Source of the DNA: Candidatus Eiseniibacteriota bacterium
GTDB taxonomy: Bacteria > Eisenbacteria > RBG-16-71-46 > CAIMUX01 > VGJL01
Length of the DNA: 64,000 bases
Direction: 5' to 3'
Assembly (NCBI GenBank): GCA_963792585.1
Contig: CAWBWI010000006.1
Span: 416,001 to 480,000 of the forward strand
The notes under the pieces were generated by a model. That model was not told the DNA's origin and ran no database searches. It saw nothing but the letters and a program-made list of their open reading frames with translations. The translations under genes were made by a program, and so were the position numbers. Below are positions 35,632 through 44,924 of this stretch, in pieces (the first letter of the stretch is position 1; each line of letters begins with the position of its first letter).

Positions 35632-36478
35632 GGTAGACGAGGCTCGCGACGAACAGCAGGCGCGCATTGGCGTCCGTTCGCCGGAGGTGGAGCCGGATCC
35701 CCTGCGCAAGCATCCCGAGTCCAAGCAGGAAAGAACCCACCAGGAAGACCGTGCCGGCCAGGCCCGCGAGCGTGATCGCGAGACCGATCGGCACGAGCGC
35801 GACGGTGTAGACGAGCGCGACCTGGCTGGTGAGGCTTCCGCTGCGATCCAGCACCGGGAGCATCCGGAAGCCTCCGCGCTCGTAATCGGTTCGGTAGAGC
35901 CATGCGAGGGCTAGGAAGTGGGGGATCTGCCAGACGAAGAGGATCGCACCCAGCACCCACGCACCGTAAGCGACGCGGCCGGTTGCGGCGGTCCACCCCA
36001 TCATCGGCGGGATCGCGCCGCAGATCGCTCCGACGAGCGTGCACAGCGGGCTGAGCGGCTTGAGCGGCGTATAGGCGAAGATGTAGATGCCGACCACGGC
36101 CAGCGAGAGCGCGGCGGTGAGCGGGTTGACGAGGATCGCGAGGACGGTGACGCCTGCAGCGACAAGGAGAACCGAGATCCGCACCGCCCGCGCGAGTCCG
36201 ATCTGGCCCATGGGGATCGGTCGCTCGCGGGTGCGGTCCATCCGGGCGTCGCGCGCGCGCTCCCAGGCCTGGTTTGCCGCCATGGATCCCGCTGCGGTCA
36301 TCGCGGTCCCGAGGAGCGTGAGCAGGAACCGCCCCCAATCGATTCGATCGGAGGCGACCACGAATCCGACCGCCGTCGTCATCACCACCAGGATCGTCAA
36401 GCGGACCTTGACGAGTTCCAGATAAGCGGCGAGACGACCGGGAAGCACGTCGGTTGCAGCGCGATGGGTCACTTGCAT
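35576..36478 (-). CDS. cyoE: Protoheme IX farnesyltransferase (heme O synthase)
   Basis: LVKVRL, NQAWE..DARMDRTRERPI, YTPLK, GAIPPMMGW, WQIPHF, DYERGGFRMLP. Confidence 0.93.
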   Translation of the reverse strand: MQVTHRAATDVLPGRLAAYLELVKVRLTILVVMTTAVGFVVASDRIDWGRFLLTLLGTAMTAAGSMAANQAWERARDARMDRTRERPIPMGQIGLARAVRISVLLVAAGVTVLAILVNPLTAALSLAVVGIYIFAYTPLKPLSPLCTLVGAICGAIPPMMGWTAATGRVAYGAWVLGAILFVWQIPHFLALAWLYRTDYERGGFRMLPVLDRSGSLTSQVALVYTVALVPIGLAITLAGLAGTVFLVGSFLLGLGMLAQGIRLHLRRTDANARLLFVASLVYLTVFLILLVGNRGPIDLR

Positions 36479-36627
36479 GACTTGTCATCTTAGAGGATGC
36501 TCGCCGATGCGACAACCCGATCCGAGGCCGGTTTTGGAGCCGGTCGCGGGGAGTGAATCCTCCCTTCACGGGGACGACACAGGCTGGGAGAGGGCGAGGA
36601 CCGAGGATTCGGGACAGGGGGCCGTCC

Positions 36628-37944
36628 ATGACGCGTTCATCGACTCACGAGCGGCTCGAGCGCTCGGCGATCCTGGCGACAGGCTTCGGCACGACGGTCG
36701 TGATGTGGGCGATCGGCTACGTTTGCAGGATTCCCCCCGCAATCGCACCCAGCTGGCTCCTGCTCCTGCTGCTCCTGGCCGTCCTGTTCGCGGGCGGAGC
36801 CGTCGCGGGTCGCAAGACCGGACGGGGCGCCGGCGCGGGTCTGGCCGCGGGGCTTCTCGCATCGCTCCTGAATCTCCTGATCCTGGGCAGTTTGCTCGCG
36901 GGACATGAGCCGAACCGGGTCGTCCCGACGGCCCTTCTGTGGCTCCCCGGTTCGATCTTGATCGGGTCGATTCTGGGGGCGCTGGGCGGCATGGCGGGAT
37001 CGGCCCTGGGAGACCGTCGGGAGACCTCGAGACCGACCGACTGGACCGCCGCGTTCGCGCTCGTCGCCGCGGCCGCGACCTACATGCTGCTCGTCGTGGG
37101 CGGCATCGTGACGAGTCAGAAGGCGGGCCTGGCCGTCGTCGACTGGCCGAACAGCTTCGGTTACTCGATGTTCCTCTACCCGCTCTCGCGGATGACGGGA
37201 GGGATCTACTACGAGCACGCCCATCGCCTGATGGGTTCGCTCGTTGGACTGACGACGCTGGTCCTTGCGATTCACCTGCAGCGGGCCGATCGACGGATCT
37301 GGCTCCGCCGCTTTTCCCTGCTCGCCGTCGTCGCGGTCGTGATTCAGGGGATCCTCGGAGGCCTGCGCGTCACCGGCCGCTTCACGACGAGCACTTCGCC
37401 GTCAGACACGACGCCCAGCATCGCCCTTGCCGTCGTCCACGGGGTATTCGCCCAGATCTTCTTCGGGATGATGGTCGCCATCGCCGTCTTCACGACACCG
37501 AAGTGGAAGAGCTCCGATGCGCCGACACCGTCGAGAGCCGCCTCCACCGACCGGGCCCTAACGGGGCTCCTCGTCGGCATCTTGGTCGTGCAGCTCGTGC
37601 TCGGGGCGATCCAGCGCCACCTGGCGGGCGGGCTCTTGATCCACATCACGATGGCGGCGTTCGTTCTGCTCACGGGGATTGCGTGCGGCGCGCGAGCATG
37701 GGGGATCCACAAGGAACAACCGCTGCTGCAGAAGATCGGTCGGGCGCTGCTCTTCGGCGTCATCCTCCAGGTGCTGCTGGGAGGATTGGCCCTGATGGGG
37801 CGTGGGATGGCGAAGGAACTGGCCGAGCCTCCGCTCTTCTCCGTGATCGTACGCACCGCGCACCAGGCGGTCGGCGCGGGGCTCATGGCGCTCGCGACGA
37901 TGCTCCTGCTCTGGACGCGAAAGCTCCTCGCCGAAGTCGATTGA
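36628..37944 (+). CDS. ctaA: Heme A synthase (COX15/CtaA family) with extra N-terminal TM region
   Basis: GGIVTS..AGLAVVDWP, YEHAHR, QGILGGLRV, VHG, IHI, QVLLG, AHQ. Confidence 0.85.
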   Translation: MTRSSTHERLERSAILATGFGTTVVMWAIGYVCRIPPAIAPSWLLLLLLLAVLFAGGAVAGRKTGRGAGAGLAAGLLASLLNLLILGSLLAGHEPNRVVPTALLWLPGSILIGSILGALGGMAGSALGDRRETSRPTDWTAAFALVAAAATYMLLVVGGIVTSQKAGLAVVDWPNSFGYSMFLYPLSRMTGGIYYEHAHRLMGSLVGLTTLVLAIHLQRADRRIWLRRFSLLAVVAVVIQGILGGLRVTGRFTTSTSPSDTTPSIALAVVHGVFAQIFFGMMVAIAVFTTPKWKSSDAPTPSRAASTDRALTGLLVGILVVQLVLGAIQRHLAGGLLIHITMAAFVLLTGIACGARAWGIHKEQPLLQKIGRALLFGVILQVLLGGLALMGRGMAKELAEPPLFSVIVRTAHQAVGAGLMALATMLLLWTRKLLAEVD

Positions 37945-37957
37945 CGCCGGCAGCCGT

Positions 37958-38662
37958 ATGCGCTTCCTGATCGCGCTCGCATTGCTTGGCCTTGCCGCCG
38001 GAGTGACCGGGGCGTTCGTCGCATTCGGAGGGGCGCTTCTGGGCACGGGTGCGATCGTCGTGCCCCTCGCCGCCGGCGTCGTGGCGGGGGTTCTCGCGGA
38101 CCAGCTCGTCCTGCGGCGCGCCCCCGTGATCGAGACGTTCGGCCACGAGTTGACGCACGCGCTGTGCGCGATGGTCTTCCTGCGGCGGATCGAAAGTTTC
38201 GTGGTCCGATGGGATGGGAATGGTGCGGTGCGGCATCGGGGCCGCTTCGGAGGTGTGGCGGGCGACGACTTCATCGGACTCGCGCCCTACTTCATGCCCA
38301 TCCTGACGGTCGCCGCGGTCCTCATCCGGCCGCTCCTCGACCGTCACTGGTTTCCCGCTTTCGACATCGGAATCGGAGGCGCCTTCGGTCACCACCTCTC
38401 CACGGCAATCCGTCAGGCGCGGGGCGGCTGGACGGGCACGGTCTTCCAGAGCGCCTTGTCGGGTCGATCCGTCCGATCGGACATCGCCGAGCGCGGATTC
38501 GTCTATTCCTTCGTATTCATCACGGTCTCCGGCTTGGCGGTCGCCGGAGTCTTGGCGGCCGTCGTCCTCGAGGGTTACCCTGGCGTCGGAGCCTGGGCAG
38601 GCAAAGTCTGGGAGACAACCTGGCGCCTGGGAGGCGTGGTCATCGGGACGACCCGCCCCTAG
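37958..38662 (+). CDS. M50(B) family membrane metallopeptidase
   Basis: HELTH zinc motif; IGLAPYF; SD motif; several TM helices. Confidence 0.72.
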   Translation: MRFLIALALLGLAAGVTGAFVAFGGALLGTGAIVVPLAAGVVAGVLADQLVLRRAPVIETFGHELTHALCAMVFLRRIESFVVRWDGNGAVRHRGRFGGVAGDDFIGLAPYFMPILTVAAVLIRPLLDRHWFPAFDIGIGGAFGHHLSTAIRQARGGWTGTVFQSALSGRSVRSDIAERGFVYSFVFITVSGLAVAGVLAAVVLEGYPGVGAWAGKVWETTWRLGGVVIGTTRP

Positions 38663-38800
38663 CCACGCTCAACTTACTTTCTATCAATAGGTTGCAGGAG
38701 CGGCCTTTCCTGCTGCGTTCCCGGCCCCCGGCGTCCTATGCTCCTCCGATGGGCTTCGATGGGGCCTTCGTACAGACCCGGCTCCAGAAGGGGAATGAAG

Positions 38801-40837
38801 ATGTCATCGTCCTATGCCACGACACCGGTGTCGATCCTCGACGGCGTCGAGATTGGTCCGAATATCTTGCTCGCGCTCTACGAGAAGATGCTCCGCACCT
38901 ACTACATCGAGGAGCGGATGAAGATCTTCGTCCGGGCGAACAAGTGCTCGTTCCACGCTTCGACCCGAGGGCACGAGAAGTTGCAGATCGCCGTCACGCT
39001 GGCAATGGAGGCGGGCAAGGACTGGTACTTCCCCTACTACCGCGAGAAGGCGTTGATGGTCGGTCTCGGGATGCCGCTGAAGGACATCTTCCTCCACATG
39101 CTCTCACGCGAAGGCGACCCTTGCGGAAACGGGCGTAACATGAGCGAGCACTTCTCGTCGAAGCGACTTCGCGTGATCTCCCCCACCGCCTGCACGGGTA
39201 CGCAGTATCTCGCGGCGGTCGGCATGGCGCGCGCGGTCAAGGCCGACGGGCGTGACGAGATCGTCTACGTGTCCTCGGGCGAAGGCGCGACGAGCGAGGG
39301 TGAGTTCTTCGAGGCGCTCAACTGGGCGAGCCGCGAGCAGCTCCCCGTGCTCTTCGTCGTGCAGAACAACGGCTATGCAATCAGCGTGCCGCAGGAAACC
39401 CAGACCGGCATCCACATCCACGAGATCGGGCGCGCGTTCAATATCCGCTCGATCGACGTCGACGGAACCCGCTTCACGCAGATGTACTCGACCTTGAAGC
39501 CGCTGGTCGATTCCATGCGGGTCGGGGCGGGGCCGCTCTTCGTCGAGGCGCACGTCGTCCGCCTCGATTCCCACTCGTCGTCGGACGATCACAAGAAGTA
39601 CAGGACGGACGAAGAACTCGCCGACGCGGCCCGTAAAGACCCTCTGGCGCACACCGAGGCTGCCCTGGTGAAGCGCGGAATCTTGTCCAGCGAACTGATC
39701 CACGAGTGGCGTGAGCGGATCAAAGCCGAGGTCGATGCCGCTGCCGAAGAAGCGGACGCGTATCCCGCGCCGGATCCGGCGACGGTTATGGACCACATCG
39801 TGAGCGATATCGTTCCGGTGGTGGATGAACCGGAACAGAAGCCGATTTCGCCGGAATCGGTCACGATGATCGATGCGATCAACCACGGTTTGCGCGAGGA
39901 GATGGAGCACAACCCGCGAATCGTCATGTGGGGAGAGGACGTAGCCGACCCGAAGGGAGGCGTCTTCGGGGTCACGCGTGGGCTCGGCACCGCCTTCCCG
40001 GGGCATGTCGAGAACTCCCCCCTGGCGGAGGCGAGCATCGTGGGGGTGGCGCAGGGTATGGCGATCGGCGGATGGAAGCCGGTCGTCGAGATCCAGTTCG
40101 GCGACTACTCCTATCCCGGTTACATGCAGATGCGCAACGAAATCCCCACGCTCCGGTGGCGGAGCCAGGGCGAGTGGACCTGTCCGATGGTCGTCCGCAT
40201 CGCGGTGGGAGGCTACATTCACGGCGGTCCGTTCCACAGCCAGTGCATCGAGGCGCTCTATGCGCACACGCCCGGGTGGAAGATCGTCTTCCCGTCCAAT
40301 GCGGCGGACGCGAAGGGGCTCATCAAGACGGCGTGTCGCGCGGACGATCCGGTTCTCTTCCTCGAGCACAAGGGACTCTACCGGCAGATTTACACGAAGA
40401 CCCCTGAGCCGAGCCCGGATTATCTGATCCCGTTCGGCAAGGCGCGCGTCGCCCGCGTCGGCACGGACGTGAGCGTGATCGCCTGGGGCAGCACGGTCAG
40501 TCGAAGCCTGCAGGCCGCGGCCGAGCTGGAGAAGGAGGGGATCTCGGTGGAGGTCGTCGACCTGAGGTCGATCGTGCCCTACGACAAGGAGGGGATCGCC
40601 GCGAGCGTCATGAAGACCGGCCGCGCGGTGGTCGCGCACGAGGCGATCGTGCTCGGCGGATTCGGGGGCGAGATTGCGGCCTTTATCGCGGATGCCTGCT
40701 TCCGAAACCTGGACGCGCCGGTCCGCCGCGTGGGCGCGCGCGACAGCTTCGTGCCATTCGCGCAGTCGCTCGAGACGGTGATTCTACCGTCGACGGAGGA
40801 GGTCCGGACCGCGATCCGAGAGGTCGCGACGTTCTAA
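38801..40837 (+). CDS. 2-oxoacid dehydrogenase E1 alpha/beta fusion (branched-chain type likely)
   Basis: PYYR, GEGATSEGEFFEALN..NN (ThDP motif), HSSSDD, GEDV..GGVFGVT, PLAE, EIQF.DY, GGPFHSQ, FLEHK, EVVDLRS. Confidence 0.92.
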   Translation: MSSSYATTPVSILDGVEIGPNILLALYEKMLRTYYIEERMKIFVRANKCSFHASTRGHEKLQIAVTLAMEAGKDWYFPYYREKALMVGLGMPLKDIFLHMLSREGDPCGNGRNMSEHFSSKRLRVISPTACTGTQYLAAVGMARAVKADGRDEIVYVSSGEGATSEGEFFEALNWASREQLPVLFVVQNNGYAISVPQETQTGIHIHEIGRAFNIRSIDVDGTRFTQMYSTLKPLVDSMRVGAGPLFVEAHVVRLDSHSSSDDHKKYRTDEELADAARKDPLAHTEAALVKRGILSSELIHEWRERIKAEVDAAAEEADAYPAPDPATVMDHIVSDIVPVVDEPEQKPISPESVTMIDAINHGLREEMEHNPRIVMWGEDVADPKGGVFGVTRGLGTAFPGHVENSPLAEASIVGVAQGMAIGGWKPVVEIQFGDYSYPGYMQMRNEIPTLRWRSQGEWTCPMVVRIAVGGYIHGGPFHSQCIEALYAHTPGWKIVFPSNAADAKGLIKTACRADDPVLFLEHKGLYRQIYTKTPEPSPDYLIPFGKARVARVGTDVSVIAWGSTVSRSLQAAAELEKEGISVEVVDLRSIVPYDKEGIAASVMKTGRAVVAHEAIVLGGFGGEIAAFIADACFRNLDAPVRRVGARDSFVPFAQSLETVILPSTEEVRTAIREVATF

Positions 40838-40845
40838 GTCGACCA

Positions 40846-41817
40846 CTACTGGAGCTTCACGTCCTTCACGAACCAGAAGCCGCCGTACTTCCCGGTCTCC
40901 CACCGCGAGATGACCCAGTCCGGAGGAACTTTCTCATCGGGGCCGATCGCGGCCACCGGCATCCACTGATCCGGATCGTGTGGAATATCGCGCTCATCCA
41001 CCCAGCCGGCCATGCAAAGCGAATCCGGAGGGACGGGCATCCAGGGCTCGAGGAGAATGTCGCGCGGCCCTCCCGCCTTTCGAACCCTCGTATGCAGCCG
41101 GAACGCGAGCGCGCGGCACTCCGGGGTTCCTTCCTTTCCCCGCAACACACCTCTCCGCGAGGTGAGCAGGCTGTTCCCGCGGAAGACCGGTACAAGGCCG
41201 TCGGGGCCCGGCGAGAGAATGACCGGGGACATGAACGTCCGGACGGTCGGCGACTGGGCCATGCGGCCGATCATCCAGACGACAATCTCCGACGCGCCAT
41301 CGCCCGTGATGTCCCCGCACGAGACGATCTCGACCGCGGGATAGAACTCGGGGACCCCGCTCTGAAACCCAAGGCTGTCCGCCTTGTCGCGGAGATTCTC
41401 GGGGCGTGGGTACTTCGCGAGGCGGGAGCGCTCCTCTGCATAGAACCAATAAAGGACCTGACTCAGTTTGCCGCCACCGTAGACGCCCCACCAGCACTCG
41501 GAGTAGTAGCCCATCGATGTGATTCTCGCGACCTGTGCAATCCGTTCCGAAGTGCCGTCGCCGTCCAGATCGACGTCGAAGAGGTCGTAACGGTTCTGTG
41601 GCCACATTGCGGTGCCTGCCTTGGCCTGGATCAAGGAGTCGGCCTGCAGGATGGTGAGCGGTTTGTCCTCGGGGAGCGGAATCCAGGGGGGCTCGGCCGG
41701 TCTCGCGGGCCGGGATCCACAGAACTGGATCGTTGGGATTCCGGGGCCGGAACGCGCCGGCAAGACGACGATCGCGAGCAAGACCGACAGGAACGCAACT
41801 GCGCGGCGGTTCGGCAT
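40846..41817 (-). CDS. Secreted hypothetical protein with two DxDxDG-like calcium-binding loops
   Basis: GGAGG SD; signal peptide; DVDLDGDGTSE and GDITGDGASE. Confidence 0.7.
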   Translation of the reverse strand: MPNRRAVAFLSVLLAIVVLPARSGPGIPTIQFCGSRPARPAEPPWIPLPEDKPLTILQADSLIQAKAGTAMWPQNRYDLFDVDLDGDGTSERIAQVARITSMGYYSECWWGVYGGGKLSQVLYWFYAEERSRLAKYPRPENLRDKADSLGFQSGVPEFYPAVEIVSCGDITGDGASEIVVWMIGRMAQSPTVRTFMSPVILSPGPDGLVPVFRGNSLLTSRRGVLRGKEGTPECRALAFRLHTRVRKAGGPRDILLEPWMPVPPDSLCMAGWVDERDIPHDPDQWMPVAAIGPDEKVPPDWVISRWETGKYGGFWFVKDVKLQ

Positions 41818-42106
41818 GTTTCCTCCAAGTAGGTTCTCCTAGGAGATTCGCACCCCCAAAAACAATCGGCAAGCGCAGGATGTTCCCCCCTGAAGGATGA
41901 TCCGGCTGAGGGTCTCCGCGGAAGGCGCTCCGCGGAGGCTATCCCCCTACGAAGACCGCCCGACATAAGCGCAGGAAGAGGGGTCCGCACGGCCGCCTCA
42001 CCCCCATCGACCTCTGGTAGGCCCTTTCCCATGGACCCGGAGGTCAATTCTGCCGAACATCTGGTGAGGTCCGCAAGGAACGGGAGCGGACCGGCGAGGA
42101 GCAGGG

Positions 42107-42991
42107 ATGCTGGAGCGCTATGAGAAGCTGATCCACCAAGGCGAATTGCCGCGGCTGCGGATCGTGCCGATATCGAATGTCCTCTTCCACGAAGAGATCG
42201 AGCCCGCGAGACTGCGGCGCGTCGCCGCCCGGCTCGAAGAGGACGGAGTGCTCCGCCATCCTCCGATCGTGGCCGGCACGCCCCGCGGGCGCAAACTCCT
42301 CCTCGTGGACGGGGCCCATCGAATCTCCGCGCTACGGGAACTGGGATTGAAGTACGCCCTCGTTCAGATCGTCCGTTACGACGATGATCTGATCGAGCTG
42401 CAGCGCTGGCATCATCTCCTGGACATGGAGAATCCGAAGGCCTTCCTCGCGGCCGTGCGCGCGATTCCCGGGGTGGAGCTTTCGTCCCACCACACGCCAC
42501 GCGATGCAGGCCCGATGCACTTGCGCAGGCACCAGTACGCCCAGATCATCCTGCCGGACCGGAGCAGCCTTCTCTTGAATCCGGCAGACGGGCGCGAGCG
42601 CACCGACGCACGCTGGCTCGACGGAGCGGCCGCGGTCCTCCGCCCCCTCTGCCATTTGTACAAGGAACGCGGTTTCCGGGACAGGATCAGCTATGACGAG
42701 TTCGACTGGATCGAAGCCAACTACGAGCGGTTCACCGGGCTGGTCGTCTTCCCACATTTCAGCAAGACCGAGATCGCCCGGGTCGCCCGTTCGAAGGAGA
42801 AGCTCCCGGCCGGCATCACGCGGCACCTGATCCCGAAACGCGCACTGCGTTTCGACCTGCCGCTCTGGATCCTGTCGCGGAAGCTACCGGTTGCGGAGTT
42901 GAATCGGCGTCTCGTCGAGACGATCCTGAGTCGAATCCAGGAGGGGCGCATCCGTTTCTACTCGGAGTCGACCTTCAGTTTCAACGAGTAG
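42107..42991 (+). CDS. ParB/Srx-fold SbnI/SerK-like protein (putative free-serine kinase)
   Basis: VP...FHEEIEPARL..DGVLRHP..VDGAHR..L..LG..VQ..WHH..EI..LPAGITRH.I..R.L...PL..RFYSE resembles, as recalled, S. aureus SbnI along its whole length. Confidence 0.75.
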   Translation: MLERYEKLIHQGELPRLRIVPISNVLFHEEIEPARLRRVAARLEEDGVLRHPPIVAGTPRGRKLLLVDGAHRISALRELGLKYALVQIVRYDDDLIELQRWHHLLDMENPKAFLAAVRAIPGVELSSHHTPRDAGPMHLRRHQYAQIILPDRSSLLLNPADGRERTDARWLDGAAAVLRPLCHLYKERGFRDRISYDEFDWIEANYERFTGLVVFPHFSKTEIARVARSKEKLPAGITRHLIPKRALRFDLPLWILSRKLPVAELNRRLVETILSRIQEGRIRFYSESTFSFNE

Positions 42992-43054
42992 GACTCGGAT
43001 CTCGGGCGCCGACGCGCACGGCCCGGCCCCTCGCATCCCGAGCGCCGCCGCCGC

Positions 43055-43783
43055 TCAGCGGAGGAGCGACGGATCGATCGCCTCCCCCGGCTCCGTCGAA
43101 TAGACCTGAGACAGACGCCCTCCTTCGGTCTTTCGCGCGAAGATGAAGAGCATCCTCCCTCTTGATGGAAGGGGGACGTGGAACAGCCCATCGAATCGAG
43201 CGGGATCCTGTAGGATCGATGGAATCGGATTTCCTCCGGCCCTCCGCGCGTACTCCCAGAACTCGGCGTACTTCCAATCCAGCCCGGAATCCGATTGCGT
43301 CGTCATCGCGGAGGCGCGAAGCACCGTCTCGGCAGGACCATAGAGAATGTAGACCCGCCCCGCGTCGCTCTTCCATCCCTCGCCGTGGTCGCGCAGGTTC
43401 GCATTCGCGTATCGGAAACGCTGGACCAGTTCGTCACGAAACTCGTTCTCCGGAGTCTCGGGGGTCGGATCGCGGGCGAGAAAGAAGCGGCTCAGAAAAG
43501 CACGCACATCGTCCTTCGATTCGAGGGCTTCGAGTTCCACGCGCTCTTCGGGGGTTGAAACGTACGCGATCAGGTCGAGCGTCGATTGCCTGGGCGACTT
43601 CCGCTCGGCCGCGCGATCGCCCCGCAGCTGGCTGTGCAGGTAGAGCAGCCCGCCGAGGGCCATGATTCCCCCGACCGTCCACGGGACCCATCCAGGGGTG
43701 CCATCGCCACCGCCGTCCGCCTTGCCGGGTCGGGGAATCGACAGGAAGCTCAGGGTGATGAGCATCACAATCGCGCGCCGCAT
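43055..43783 (-). CDS. GWxTD domain protein with signal/TM N-terminus
   Basis: RDPTPETPENEFRDE..RFRYAN..GWKSDAGRVYILYGP. Confidence 0.85.
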   Translation of the reverse strand: MRRAIVMLITLSFLSIPRPGKADGGGDGTPGWVPWTVGGIMALGGLLYLHSQLRGDRAAERKSPRQSTLDLIAYVSTPEERVELEALESKDDVRAFLSRFFLARDPTPETPENEFRDELVQRFRYANANLRDHGEGWKSDAGRVYILYGPAETVLRASAMTTQSDSGLDWKYAEFWEYARRAGGNPIPSILQDPARFDGLFHVPLPSRGRMLFIFARKTEGGRLSQVYSTEPGEAIDPSLLR

Positions 43784-43983
43784 GAGAACCTCCTCATGGC
43801 TCGGTCGCGGGAACAGTACGAGCGCGTCCGGGTCGCGTCAACGGCGCCCGCAAGTCATCTTGTCGATTTCGCAGTCGCCGACACACAGGGGCGACCCGAA
43901 CACGCCGCCCGGACGCTCTTTCTCCGACCCACCGCCATCGCGCAACTGGCGCGTTCGCGACTGCGTCGCTAGACTTCCCGGAG

Positions 43984-44658
43984 ATGAACGAGACGAAGTC
44001 CGCCGCCGCCTTCTTCGATGTCGATCGGACACTGCTCCCGGGGACCTCGACCGAGATGCTGCTCGTGCGGAGCATGTTGCGGCGCCGGCTCCCCGGTCGA
44101 TTCCGGTTGGTTCCGTATCTGATCGAAGCGCTCCGTCTCTTGCCGAAGGGACCCACGCTGATGCGCAAGGCGAACAAGGGTTTCCTCGCGGGCGCCGCTC
44201 CGGAGGAGGTGCGCGCATGGGGAGAGACGCTCTTCATCGATGCGGTCGAGCCGCGGCTCGCGGACGACCCGGGGCGCGGGTGGGTCGAGCGGGAGCGCGG
44301 CCTCGGGCGCGCGATCGTCCTCTTGAGCGGGATGCCGGAGCTCCTGCTCGCGCCCTTCGTCAGATTCTTCGACGCCGATCTCGGCGCCGGCACGCCGCTT
44401 CAGGTGGATGCGGACGGACGCCTGACCGGGGCACACATGGGCCTCCATCCATATGGCGCGGCGAAACTCACGATCGCCCGTGCGCTGTGCGAGAAGCACG
44501 GATGGGAAGCGCGCGCATGTTCCGCCTACGGCGACCACGAAAGCGACGCCGCGATTCTCGACTGGGTCGGAGAGCCGTTCGCGGTCGATCCCGATGACGG
44601 CCTCCGAAGGATTGCGCGGGCCCGCGGCTGGACGATCCTCGACCGGAACGAGCGTTGA
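43984..44658 (+). CDS. HAD-IB family hydrolase (SerB-like)
   Basis: AAFFDVDRTLL, LSG, G..K, AYGDHESD..L..VG.P.AVDPD..LR. Confidence 0.88.
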   Translation: MNETKSAAAFFDVDRTLLPGTSTEMLLVRSMLRRRLPGRFRLVPYLIEALRLLPKGPTLMRKANKGFLAGAAPEEVRAWGETLFIDAVEPRLADDPGRGWVERERGLGRAIVLLSGMPELLLAPFVRFFDADLGAGTPLQVDADGRLTGAHMGLHPYGAAKLTIARALCEKHGWEARACSAYGDHESDAAILDWVGEPFAVDPDDGLRRIARARGWTILDRNER

Positions 44659-44738
44659 GCGGACTGAGCACCAACGATCCCTCGCAAGAACGAGCATTGA
44701 GCAACCCGCCAACGGACGATTCCCCACCGGAGGGAGCA

Positions 44739-44768
44739 TTGACGGCCGCGCGACCGACGCCGTATTCT
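44739..44768 (+). promoter_or_regulatory. Putative sigma70 promoter of the thiO leader
   Basis: TTGACG, 18 bp, TATTCT, 9 nt before the TPP aptamer. Confidence 0.55.
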
Positions 44769-44777
44769 CCCGCTGTT

Positions 44778-44859
44778 GGTCGTTGGGGGTGTCCCGAGGG
44801 GGGACTGAGAAGAAACCCCGAGTACCTGATCTGGGTGATGCCAGCGTAGGGAAACGACC
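44778..44859 (+). ncRNA. TPP riboswitch upstream of thiOSGE
   Basis: P1 GGTCGTT/AACGACC; GGGGTG..CTGAGA..ACCCCG-AGTACCTGATCTGGGTGATGCCAGCGTAGGGA core. Confidence 0.95.
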
Positions 44860-44924
44860 CCTCCGCACGAGCCTACAGGCCCCCCCCTCCTCGGAGATCC
44901 GCGACCTTCCATGAAAGGAGCGAG

